This document shows positions 25,230 through 37,913 of a stretch of 64,000 nt of DNA, one piece after another (position 1 is the stretch's first letter; each line of letters starts with the position of its first letter). The notes under the pieces were generated by a model, which saw only the letters and a program-made list of their open reading frames with translations, made no database searches and was not told the DNA's origin. The stretch covers positions 24,554,001-24,618,000 of the forward strand of contig CM119371.1 of NCBI GenBank assembly GCA_051294905.1, in the 5' to 3' direction. Made by a program: the position numbers and the translations under genes. This DNA is from Botryllus schlosseri. Lineage: Eukaryota.

Positions 25230-27830
25230 CAGACATGGGGTGATCGCGATTAGTAATCGTAATCGATTACGACGATTACAGCATTTTGAAGTAATCGTAA
25301 TCGCAATCGATTACATTCGAAAAAAAACCTAAGTAATCGTAATCGTAATCGACTACTTCCCATATCTAATCGATTTTTTTGTGAAAGAACGATTAATTTT
25401 TGTTTGTACAAGGACTATGACATAAACTGAATATTCGTGAACAACAATGAGATAATACACCACGTTAGCGATAGCACAAACGTCTGTTTTCAAACGCCAC
25501 TGACTCATTATTACGTCAGAAGTATTAGCTCCGCTCGTCATTGCGTAACAAGTATCCACACATAGTAAACAGACATGCGATGGACATTGTAGTGTGATTG
25601 TAAGAACACCTCCCGTGGTGTATATCAGGTTATCAATACACTACAAAAGCCGCTACCTCGCAGCAGGATATTGATCACCCCTCTGCCTATAGGTTCAAAT
25701 AGTAACTTATGTATTAATGTTTGGATGTGCTTAGTTAAACGCAGTTTACCATTGCTGCTTGGCGAGCAGGATGCCTACGTACGCATGTGCACCTGACGAG
25801 GATTCGGAATTTTGTACTCGTCGAATAAGACATTGCAGTATCCACAACGAAGCATTACAAATAAACAGCTGCTGATATATATCATAACCGAGCCGTGCTT
25901 AGCCGTTTCTCGTAACAGCAGCTCGCTGTATATGTATTAAGTTGAAGGCAGAATTTTTATGTTAAGTATATCTTATTCTCATATAACTACTTGAAACGGG
26001 CGTCAATTGTTATTTCACAGTTCGTTACTTAGCATTTGGACCTGCCGCCATAACCATCCGCTTATATAGCCTGACATGTTAGCGTGGGTTGTAGCTAGAA
26101 TCAGTAATTCAGCCAAAACAGCAATTCCCCTATCCAACCGTTGGTCAATTTTCAAAACTGAATTTCGTCAATAATATTGGTAATTACTAATTACATTATA
26201 TTACTATCCATTTATAACCTCTCTGAGCCCCGAGTGTCAGATTTACCTGTAAAGCTGTGGCACGTAATTTATATTCATAGCATCTGGTATGTTGTTATAA
26301 TTACTGTATGTTGTTAATTCACGACCTCCAGTCAGTTGTATAATCACAACATATTGTACTCGCCCAAACGTAGCAGACTAAAAGAATATCTTTTGTGAGA
26401 CGCACACACAAATTGTCATAGCTTTATTCCTTTGTGGATGCGCCGGGTGACATTGGCATTGTGGGCCCAGATTGGAAGGGCATGAGTTATTAATCACGCC
26501 CACTCAGCGCGGCTATTGATAATGGACGAATACCCTAAGTTTCGGTCAAGGTATTTCTTTGGTATCACATCCCGTGGAGTTGCGTGTTGGCCGAAACTGC
26601 ATATGTCTTTTGGTGTGTTGTGGGATCGTGGCGCGGTAATGACCGGCTCCGAAATGCCTGTTCCCATAAAATATAGCCTATGTATGTTTTTTCTTGAGGG
26701 GAAGAGGTATGCATTTCAAACCCAGCTATCTACTGGAGCATGGGTCACCAACTGTTTTGAAACAAAAAGCTACTTCTTGTGTAGTGTGTACTGATTATTG
26801 CGACGACCGACGGGTTACCACGTACTCCCGTCGTTTATCCAAGTTCAGTTGTATTTCTTCACTTAGAGTAAGACAATCTGAGCACTGGGCCGGGTTTCCG
26901 CCCTTTACCAAGAAAAAAAACGACAGACCCCTCTTTCGCATCTGTTATTATTATCTATCTATCAAGGTTTGGCCAGGTGCTTGATTCGGCCAGGTCTATT
27001 TTTGCATGTGTGCAAGGATAGACTACATCAAAACTAAGTAATTCTACCGCATGCAGAGACGTGATGATTATCGGGATATGGTACTTTTCTAACAAATGCA
27101 GAGATTTGATGATGATTGACACATCTGTACGGAATCCTATTCTTGCTTTACACCGATTTCCATGTTTATTCGTTATTATCCTTGAAAAAAGCGCATAATC
27201 TAAATAGGGGAGCCCTTCGACCAGCTCCCCCCCAGGCGACCGCCCACCTCGCCCACCCCAAAAGCCACCACTACTACAGCGACCGCGGGCGACTCATTTG
27301 GTCCTCGTTGGTGACCCCTGTACTAGAGACATTTGAATCGCAAAGCTCGAAAAACATTTTCAAGAATTAATTAAATTCTCGAAAATACTCTATAATATAT
27401 GTTGGTTTACGAAATACTTTTGAGTCCCCTTCGTGCACGCTCCCCAGCACTCTATTAGGGAATTTGGGGTGCGGAAAGTAAAGACCTGGCAATAATGCAA
27501 ATCGTTGGATGCGATAAATCATCCACTATAAAGTTGGGCAATTGATATATTATGACGTAATAAGCAAATGACGCATGATGTAAGAAGAAAGTTGATATCT
27601 CATTAAGCCTTTTCATCGCAATCCTTGTATTGTCTTCCCATATATCATTTAAGATTATAGTCCTAAGCAAAACAAATGTAATCGTGAGTAATCGTGATTA
27701 CTTTTTCAATGTAATCGTAATCGTAATCGACTACTGTCTAATTTTGCTGTAATCGTAATCGTAATCGCGTGATTCCGAAGTAATCGTAATCGCAATCGAT
27801 TACATTCATAAAGTAATCACCCCATGTCTG
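25230..27830. mobile_element. Non-autonomous hAT element, (GATTAC)n family, copy A
   Basis: TIR CAGACATGGGG; TSD ATTCTAAT; GTAATC arrays at both ends; inverted diverged copy at 47803-50845. Confidence 0.92.
26739..27320. mobile_element. Nested hAT MITE (CAGGGGTCACCAAC family) inside copy A
   Basis: Termini CATGGGTCACCAAC / GTTGGTGACCCCTG; flanks TACTGGAG/TACTAGAG. Confidence 0.75.
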
Positions 27831-28567
27831 ATTCTAATTTACTCTGGAAGCCATCCTCCTCACGAAACTCTGTAGTTGCTGAACACAAATCCTTCAGGTT
27901 GTCACGCAACTTCATCAGCTTGGCGTGCTGCTCGGTGACCAGAGTTTTCTTGCCATGCAGGGACTTGACCACTTTCAGGACCTCTCCGGCAACCTACTGC
28001 CGGTATATACACGGCAACAGTATATTCCGGTCTTGCCCAATTCAGCAGGAATCGTCAGCCGTGCCGAGTTACAACATATAGTTGAGATAATTCACTCACT
28101 CACTAGAGTTTAGATTATAGCGAGCGATAAATATGAAATATGGAAGCCTACTATGACAATTTAATTTGAGCTGCGATAGATCACAAAACATAGAAAAATG
28201 AACAAAGGAAGAGAAAGATGAGCTGAGCTGAGCGTGGAATGGAATGAAGCGGAAATCAATCCCGCCGTGCGAGCAAAGCCACACACACAGCGCTGCGCAG
28301 GAAGAACCCCAGTGCGGTGCGGCATCTGCACCCCCGCCGCTGCCTGTCTTTCCACCCAACCGCCAGGCAGCACCTGTTGGAGTCAGCAGGGCCCGAACGG
28401 AAGCGATAAACCCACCAATGCGTTTCTTAGAGACTCCAGTGAACTGGCAAACACCGAAAAACGGTAAACAAAAAAAAATCCTTATTTTATACTCGACAGA
28501 AATTTTATTTTATACCTAATTGTACTTTTGAGAACCAAAAGTACAATTTAAAGACCCCTGCCTATGA

Positions 28568-30453
28568 CAGTGGCGGCTCTTCCTATAGAGCAACTGGAGC
28601 ATTGCCCCACCCAATATTCTGTTCAATAACAATTCTTTACCAGTTATAGACGCACACCAATCTATATATACCGAAATCAGAGCGAAAATCGTATTCTTCT
28701 TGTCCTTTCGCTTGTAAATGCCCATATATAGCGAAGTCTCGGCAGAAATCGAATTCTCTTCCGTGTTTTCGCTTTGCGAATGCCTAGCCGGGGCATGCCC
28801 CGGTAGCGCTCATAACAAGCTTTTACTGTCTATTCTCTCAAAGCCGCGCACAATAAAGAAACGGTGATTTACTCTCTCCTATTCGTAAAATGGCCGAGCA
28901 AGCGTGGCAAATATGCCTGGTCGCCCCTAAGGTGTGATGTAACAATCGTATCTATATCTGAGCTCGATTACCGTAATATGCGTTTAGTCGACCTTTGCTC
29001 GTATAGGTCGACTTTGATGGTGTTTCACACCATGAAAACTCTTGAAACTTGGTATGTCATGTCGTGATGGTGATATTTAACACTGTCCCAAGTTACAGGG
29101 TTTCTACTTAAAGTCTAGGGTAGTAATTCCGTTTCCGAAGTTGAGTGTGTGCTGATCCGTCATGTATCGCAAACAGATTTTACTTAAAAGCCGGTATTGG
29201 TATCCATTGATTTTGACGATGTTCAATACTGAGATCGGCTATGAAATTTAGCACGGTAAGTCTTAATGTTAGTATCGAACGCTGTGCCAAGTTTGAAGTT
29301 TGTCACTGAACTGTCTTAGTGGTGATTTGGTTTCCTAATTCGAGTGAGAGCTGACTCGTCATTTATCGCTAACAGATTATACGATGCTACTTACCTAGAT
29401 CCGTCATAAGCTTTTGCACAGTATGTCTTGGTTTTAGTATCGAACGCTGTGCCAAGTCTCAAGGTCGACACTCAGTGATTAGGGCAGTAATTTCGTTATC
29501 AAGGTCGAGTATGGTAGATATGTGCTCCGATCTGACACTTTAGCATACAACGCATTGCGGATTTCACGCAAAAGCCGGTGTACCTGCGGTAACGTTAACT
29601 GAGATGATGATATCATTTTCAGTTTGCATTCAAATATTTACTTTGATATTATATTCTCCAATGTCAATTTCACCGTGAAATTGTGGCCTTCAAGCCATTT
29701 GCTCACAACCCCCTGCTGTCAAGCGCGATAGCTATTTCGTTTTCGATGGCAGCTAACAGCTGATCACTTGATCAGCCTATTCCTCAGTAAATTTTGCGCA
29801 AAATTCGGTGTTGGTCTGTTCGCATTAATTTTGACAGTGTACCATACCGAAAAGGGCCATGAGACCACTTCTCGATGATGTCATGTAACAGTGTACTAAG
29901 TTTAAAGCTTTCATCCACGTATTTATTCGGTAATATATATTTCCAAAGGCGATTTCGCAGCAGACCTGTAGACAGTAATAAAGCCATATGTGTCGTGTTA
30001 CAGTCCCCAGTTTCAAAGCCAAAATCTCCTATGCTGTACCGAGACCGAATTTCCGAGGCTGCTATTCTTAGTTCTTCAGAATGATGTTTTGGATTCAATA
30101 CGACAGGTCCAATCTATGAGATAACAATTGCGTATCTGTCCGAACTCGTTGACCTTTCCAGTTAGGCTTACGTTATCTCTCGAGTTATAGTCATTTCCAG
30201 GTCTAGTGCGAACATGAACCGTGTTGAATCTTTGTTCCGTACGCCGTTTACGCAGTTACCACACTTCAAGTCACAGCTCACCGGCGGACCTCTCGTGGCA
30301 CATACGTTAAAATCACTGTTGCCGGCAAATTCATGTTACCGTACCATCATTAAGTTACTTGTTTACGTTGGAAAACGCCACTGTGACGTCATCTTAATAA
30401 AAGTCGCTTGCAGCCCTTGCCCCACCACCCGTAATTGTCACGAGCCGCCACTG
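28568..30453. mobile_element. TIR element CAGTGGCGGCTC family, copy 1
   Basis: CAGTGGCGGCTC...GAGCCGCCACTG; direct copy at 37914-40954; no clean TSD seen. Confidence 0.75.
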
Positions 30454-30576
30454 CGCGTTTTACCAAATTTAATGCTCGGCAAGCCGGTCAAAATGACCAT
30501 CAAATTGCCTGTAGCCAAATGGAAATTGTGACGTGATACAATTTCACTGAGGCGAGAGATTTGCCTGTGTCGACAC

Positions 30577-32265
30577 TAGAGCCCGACCGATATTGGATTT
30601 CTGAGCCGATACCGATAAGACCGATATCCAGTACCTCCACCGATAACCCCGATATATTCAGCCGATATTCAAAAGATATGGAATCTAGCTCAAGGCCCGA
30701 TTTTAACATCGACATAGGCTTTACGAACGAATAATATTTCGGCTTCGTTCAGGCCATTGCCGCCTGAATGCGCATTTATATAAAATTGGATGTAGCGACA
30801 CCGACCTATGCGACCATTGTACAGTACCTGATACAGTCGAGCATTTTTTGCTGCACTGCAATCGATATGATTTTCATCGGAACTTTTTAATCGACAGGGC
30901 GCGCGAGCTCAAAATCACTGCAACACTCGAAAATCTACTGATCATCCCCGAAATGTTATCCCATGTTGCAGAATTTGTTATATCTTGTGGTACTTACTTG
31001 TAAATCGGTTATTGATCATATTTTGGTAAATCGCTCATTCTAGTCCGTGACGCACCTGGCCTTACAGGCGAAAAGCGTCACTCATCTTTTCATCAATAAT
31101 AATAATAAAACAACTCAGAGCATTTATTTCAACAACTTTACAGCCATTGATATGCTTGAACATGAAATAAATGATCTAGGGGCTATGAAAATATATCAAA
31201 AGCACCAATCCAGCAGTTGCAGATTACAGTTCACGAAGCACAATTTCTCGGCTCTTTCTCCAAGTAATGAACTTCTGTGGTCTTCCATAAATGATGTATA
31301 AGTACTAAACATAGTGAGCAGTCTTTCGCTTGGTACCATAGTTAGTGGCACAGCAAGAATTGGAAATCTTTCTTCATTTCGGTTCCACCGCTCCCTTGCA
31401 GCGGATCTTTTCTTCAACGGTTTCACCGAATATTGATATTATTATTGATATTCTTCTGGCAGTGCACCTGGAGCCTTCAGCACATCGTTACCAAATAGAT
31501 GAAGAGAATGTGCAAAACAACTGAAATTGTCCACGTCTGCAACTGCTCCACCCATCCCCCTTGGGCCTTGACCATGACCAGCATTCAAACAATCAATTGA
31601 TCAATATTTTACGCTCTGTTGTCAGAATTGGTCTATGTCATCAAGTAATTAAAAATTTTCGTATCAATTATTGGCTTTACTCCACGTTTGCTTGATTTTC
31701 TTGCCCTCTATGCTCGCATATTTCCTATCATGGTGGCCCCGAAGGCCTCCGTCAGACGACTTCATACATTACTGGTAGCTATGTTGGTACCGAACCAATA
31801 GCACTATCTTCCGAGAAATGTTTCGACAAGACTCTTTTCTCTATCATCACGAGGGTCAGTCCAGCATGATTGATGTTCTCATTTCTCTTACTGATTGAAA
31901 TCTTCTGCAAACAACTATCCAATCCACCCAGCTGCTCTCTGTCTTTTTGGTGATGGTTTACTGAAGAGGGATTCCCACAAAGTCAGTGGGGCATAACGGT
32001 GGTCAGTAATCCATAATATTTTTCAGATAGGCACGCCTACTGCCTGTATGGAGTATGCACTATGTGCAGCATGGCCATTTATTTTTTATAATTTACCGTC
32101 CTCACGTCTTCTATCGACTTCTCCGACTCCCTGCCACCATGTTGTGACGTCACGAAAATGGCCGATATTTTTTTACCTTCAACGGCCGATACCGATATCG
32201 ATATTTCTCTCCAAGCGTGATATCGACTCGATATTATCGGCGAGCCGATAATCGGTCGGGCTCTA
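30577..32265 (-). mobile_element. hAT deletion derivative with CCGATA subterminal repeats
   Basis: TIR TAGAGCCCGACCGAT; TSD GTCGACAC; remnant W...RFPIL...VPSERL...RSSLLGERAEKLCFVNCN at 31196-31426. Confidence 0.9.
30715..31108 (+). mobile_element. Short 3'-end copy of the LINE A family
   Basis: RLRSGHCRLNAHLYKIG and CDHCTVPDTVEHFLLHC zinc finger; 3' part close to 9801-10055; (TAA)n tail. Confidence 0.85.
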
Positions 32266-33103
32266 GTCGACACCATATAGGACACTATGATGCTATAATT
32301 GAATTATCGGAAATATGGATTTGATAGTTGTGAAGCTGCAGATTACTTCATAATAGGCTTAAAGGTCAACTGCATGTTCGGAAAGACTTTTGCTCATTTC
32401 GTAGATTATGTGGTTAGGAATAAGGAAAAAATGCTGAAAATGAAAATTACGTGATAGTTTTCAAGTAATTCAAATTACAAATCGAAATTCCGAAAAACGG
32501 ACCCTAAGTCATCCAGCCGTGAAATGACGTCAAGTAGTTGACACAACAAAAATCCTTGTTATTCCTTTTGGCTGTTAGGTGGGATTCATTGCTTAGATTT
32601 GCTGTGGATTTGGGTCATTGAGTGAGATCATGAAGGCTGTGAAGGAGATGATTCATAGAGTCAGATGTTATGCCGCGTATGGTTGCTCCAATACGCAATA
32701 TGCCGTGCCTACAATGTCTTTACATCGCTGCCAAAATCCATCCATATACCGTCAGGCGACCGGACGCCGTTAAGACCAAAAGTGCGGACTTATAGACAAC
32801 CAAAGGCAGACACATTTTCAATGACGTATCCGAGATACGCAACGCGCAATAAAGTTGACTACTGAACACGGGGAACTCTCACACGTAGTGCCGACCTACT
32901 GCAGTAGTGCCGTTCATACTGTCATTTCACGCACCAGTGAAATTGTGGTCATGGCAGAGGAACACACTTCTAAAGCTATACAATGTGTCCAAAATCGGTA
33001 AGTGAAAATGTACTGTGTCAGCTAGTATTGTAGGAGTGTAGCTAACCTTTTATAGTAGTATTGACTGTGGTACGGTAGTCATCAAAGTAGGTATTGTTTA
33101 CAC

Positions 33104-35279
33104 CAAGGGTCGGCAACCTACGGCCCGCGGGCCGGATCCGGCCCGCCCAGCGAAATCGTCCGGCCCGCGACATGATAATTAGTTATCATAAGAATACGGC
33201 CCGCCGCTTCATAATGAGTTTCAATCTGCAGTGCAGCGCTGCATGGAAAAAATGCGGCATTGCTACGATATAATTATAGAAATTAAACATGGAACGGCAA
33301 CGACCGATTTTGCAGCTTCGTTCCGCTCCGCCGAGGCTGGAGTGGAGAGTGGTTTTGCGTAAGCGACTGTAGGATTTCTGGCAATCCAAAAGCTATCTTC
33401 CCGAGCACAGAAATTATTGAATCTGGTCTTGATCGAAAGCCACTGTTGCACCGATTCCGAAAATATCAATTAAAATAATGATCAGGCACTGATCCACCTA
33501 GAATCCGTCCTCCAAGTCGAAATATCGGCATTGTTCGAACAATCGGAGAGTCGCAACGGGTCATTGTTATGGTCATTGTGTTGCGGTTACCCGATTGTTC
33601 TGAACAATGCCGATATTTCAGACTTGGAGGACAGATTCTAGCTGGATCAGTGCATGATCATTATTTAAATTTATATTTTCGGAATCGGTGCAACAGTAGC
33701 TTTCGATCAAGACCAGATTCAATAATTTCTGTGCTCGGGAAGATAGCTTTTGGATTGCCAGAAATCCTACAGTCGCTTACGCAAAACAATTCTCCTCTCC
33801 AGCCTCTGCGAAGCGGAACGAAGCTGCAAAATCGGTCGTTGCCGTTCCATGTTTAATTTCTATAATATAATAGTAGCCTACATCGTATTAGTCTATTGTT
33901 ACGCCATAAAACGAAGGTGGTTGAAGTAGGAGATGGAGATAGACTAGACTGGATCAGTGCTCATCAATCGGGTGTATCCCGCAGCCAAAGGTGTTCCATG
34001 CCTTTTAGAGGGCTGATCACTCTAACGGGGTGTGACAATAAAGGTGTTCTTCCTTAGCTTCAAAAGCGCTTGGAGCATCTCAGACGCAATGACGGAATCT
34101 CAAACTATTCAATTATAGATAACTAGCCTCCGTATGTCGGTTAGCCTGTCCATAGTTTGATTTTCCAGAAGGCATTGTGTGCCAAGACAAAAAACCTGAA
34201 TAGTGTTTTGGCCACAATGGTGAAAACTGTTAATATGATTTTTGTCTCATCAACTGTATCAGTTACGTCATATATCACTGCAGAGAATCAATATGGCGAT
34301 GTCATGTAGGCCTATATCTGTCATGTTCGCTCATTGAGTCGAGCAGCTATGCTTACACGAGTGTATGATCTGCGAAATGAAATAGCAACTTTCCTCGAAA
34401 ATACAAATATCGCCGACTCATAATCTTGTAATCGAAAATGGGTATCTCATCTTGCTTCCCTGGTACATTTAACGTCACATCTGAACAAATTGAACTTGCA
34501 ACTTCAGGGGGAAAACAACTACATGCATGAGATGTTAAGGCGCATTCAAAACAAATCTGTGACTCTGGAAATGTCAACAGTACAACGAAAATTATGCTCA
34601 CTTTCCTATACTGGAGGAGAGAAAACCTAGTACCAACACTACATTTGTAACTGTGATACGAAATTTAACTACTGAATATTCACCCGCTTTTCCGACATTC
34701 CTTGTCTACAAAATGAATTCTGACTATTCAGTACTCTGTTTGATATGGACGCCAATACCATTGCTTGAAAATTTCAAATGGGCCTTTCTGAAATGCGATG
34801 CAGTTGAATTGAATGACAAATTTCATACAAAGAGCATATCGCTGCATGACTTTGACAAAGAGTACGTTCTTGAAATTGGTCTTTATCCCAGTTTGACCAG
34901 CAATGCAAAAAAATTGCATCGATTTTTGAAAGCACGTACGCATGTCAACAATAGTTTTGAACAATGAAATTCACGAAGAGCAAGCTAAAATCACGTATTT
35001 CGGTCGTCCATTTTGAATAGGGTCTGATTCTTGTTTCATCTGACTTGTTACCAGAAGTTGAAAACCGTTCACAAAGCAAGCTGCGTCAATTGTCACAATC
35101 ATTCTGTGTCGTTGAAGTGTAAATACATGTGTCTTCGGATTGGTATGGTTGAGATTGCAGCAATGTAGGATAATATACCTAAGTGAGCGTAAAATATAGT
35201 ACTAAGAAAAAATCCGGCCCGCCGAAAGGTTGTACACCCGAAATTTGGCCCGCGACTAGCAAAAGGTTGCCGACCCCTG
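33104..35279 (+). mobile_element. Charlie/Buster-type hAT element with decayed transposase
   Basis: TIR CAAGGGTCGGCAACC / GGTTGCCGACCCCTG; TSD GTTTACAC; GGCCCG repeats; HLNKLNLQLQG, STYACQQ, MKFTKSKLKSRIS remnants. Confidence 0.88.
33273..33866. repeat. ~590-bp palindromic MITE-like insert
   Basis: Arms ~285 bp: ATTATAGAAATTAAACATGGAACGG...CCGTTCCATGTTTAATTTCTATAAT. Confidence 0.88.
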
Positions 35280-36335
35280 GTTTACACTCATGTGCATGTG
35301 CGAATAACTGAAATAAGTATGCCTTGAAAAACTTTGAGTAGAAGTGTGCGTAGTCTGAAATAAAGCCACTTAAAATCAATCAAGAAAAAATATGTATAAA
35401 GGAATTAGGTAATAGGAGTCTGTAACCTGCTGACTTCAAGATCTATAATGGTTATGTCACAGACCTCATTTTATTGAAAGAGTTGCTATTACTTTTGAAA
35501 ATACATGGGCAGTCATATAATCATATTAGTTACTTAAGTTACTGGATGAGGAGTGTCAGATATCAGTGACTAAACCTCCCAAGATATTGACAGCTCAGTA
35601 GAAGATGAAAACGTATCACTATCATCATAACAGTCCAATAAGTTAGGTGGGATGCAGTTGGCAAACCTTCATTTTTATGATACTTCGGAACAGCATTTGG
35701 TATACTGCCTTTGATTCGACTTTGTTATAAAACTCTGCAATGTTTTGACACCTGCTCTAGATTCCTGCAATGAAGAAGTTGGCGCATGCATTCAAGCAAG
35801 ACCAGATACGGCGTAGTGGACCAAGTCTATTGCGATGGCTCATCCTCATTCAACTAGCGGCATCGTAAAAATTAGTTGAAGCTATTGCCGGACAAAAGAA
35901 GCTATTGTTGGACACAAAACTCTATATTTCTCTCCCTGATACAGTAGTACTGTTGATGGATTGGTTACGTTGCATTCATTATTTTCAATACAATTATTCG
36001 TTCGCGAAGCATTGCGAAATTGAAATCCTTTGAATGTAATAGATGTGAATTTTGATCGGATGCACAAACAGGATTTCTCGTTGGTTTTGGTTGCAGAATC
36101 CCAATGACCAGCAAACAAAGTTTCTGTACACAGTTTTCCTCAGCTTTCTGAAAAGCATAATTATTGTGTTACTGACGGGTAATTACTTGGCACCCGACTC
36201 AACATTTCGTGTGAATGAGACTCATTCGCTCATGCATCGAATTAGATGGTATATTTATATGACAATATTCCTGTTGATATCTATAGTGGGTCTAATAATT
36301 CGTTAGTTGCTTTACCGCTAATAGTTTGCATAAGT

Positions 36336-36745
36336 TAGGCTTACCATATTTTGGAAATCTAAACAGAGGACACTTTTTCAGAAATTTCAGACTTGCAAAA
36401 ACCCGGTGAATTTTTCCCACTTTGTGATCGGTTGACTAAAAAAAATGTCATCTTTTCCGCTCAGAGCTCAAAATATCGTTTTTCACTCCACGTTGCCAGG
36501 TGGATGACTAAAAAAAGGTCATATTCTCGCTCAGAGCTAAAATCACCGTTTTTCACTCTAAAATACCCGCCGGAGCATCACTTCTGTGCTAATTTGCGGC
36601 ATATCACTCGCAATTTGCTCTGAATATGACCTAAATTTTCAAAAAAGAGGACAAAATCTCTAAAAAGAGGACAAAAGGGCGTCCTCCGAGGACACTTTCA
36701 AAAACGAGGACAAATGCTCTTAAAAGAGGGCGTATGGTAAGCCTA
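36336..36745. mobile_element. hAT MITE with GAGGACA repeats
   Basis: TIR TAGGCTTACCATA; TSD GCATAAGT. Confidence 0.88.
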
Positions 36746-37913
36746 GCATAAGTTGGCAATAACCTCCATCCTCTATCTTGTAATTGATAATACCAAGATT
36801 AAAAACAGAAACGAGGTACTCCATCAAAATACACATACCGATGTATTTCATTTGCTCTAGACAAGCGGCTTAAGCTGAACAAGCTAGGCTGATCATACTA
36901 TAGATATATATTACTAACCTCCATCGGTTATTCATCAATAATCATACTCAAATGACCCCTCGTTTTCGGAGCAGCAAGGAGTTACACTGATATGGGATTG
37001 AGCACATCAACACTTGATACTAGTCCAGTTTAAACATTACTGTCGTAAGTAAGGGCAAAAAGCATACTTATATTCGTCATCTGAGTACTCGGACTCACTT
37101 GGTGAATCCATTACGAGCGAAACCTCCGCGATAACTAACTAATATAATCGCCCTGCTACTGCAAAAGCACCAGCCCTATAGCATACATCCGCAGCGGCCA
37201 GAAGAGATGTCAACTACATGACGTCACAATGAACACTTCGATTTTTCTGTAAACATACCAATATTGGGACTTTCTGAACATGATTAGGCGAAGTTGTCTA
37301 TAAGATGCAATCGACCTTTAAAAAAGTCTTGCAGTACTAGATTTATCTTGATACATCGAACTATCGATACGAACCGAAAGCTGTATGCGAATTGCCGGTT
37401 AGGCTTACTGTACAATTCATAAAGCTGCCAAATAGTAAATAACACAACAATATAGATATGAAAATAAACAGGAAACTTTGCCCCAATTTAGGCCTCATTT
37501 CGCCCGATTCAATGATTGTTCAATGACGTAACCTCGTGCCCCACTCTAATTTGAATTCTTGCTACGCCCATAATGTATACTACTCACGTAGGTTTGTGAC
37601 TGAAATTTAAATCATTCCAATATTCCCAGCTCTAAATACCTTAATACAGTGGTTCTTATAACCTTTTTTCCTCCAGCGCCCCCTTTCAAAAATTATCGTG
37701 CTCCAGCGCCCCCCCCCCCAACCGCATATTGTAAGGAATGTAATAAAGACAATGAGTAAGAGGGAGGGCCGTAACAGCACTTCATCATCCCCCCTAAAAA
37801 TGATTGCCTTGCGCACCCATAGTGTGATAAACCAAACTTCCGAGGGCTTCGCCCTCAAGAACCCCGTAGCGTGATTTCGATGGTCAGCAAATTTTGTGTG
37901 GCATGGTCGCCCT

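Larger units (their letters stand above)
24369..28560 (-). mobile_element. hAT-type element with degenerate transposase
   Basis: 20-bp TIR CAGGGGTCTTTAAATTGTAC; TSD CCTATGAC (24361-24368, 28561-28568); coding remnants 24581-25221 and 27839-28080. Confidence 0.88.
32363..37317 (+). mobile_element. Probable Kolobok DNA transposon remnant
   Basis: TTAA on both sides; imperfect TIR AGGTCAACTGCAT / ATGCAATCGACCT; THAP-like VRCYAAYGCSN...SLHR at ~32660-32730. Confidence 0.55.

Noticed and set aside
32951..33003. ATG-initiated mini-exon with GTAAGT donor
   Set aside because: No supportable downstream exons; lies within the putative Kolobok remnant.
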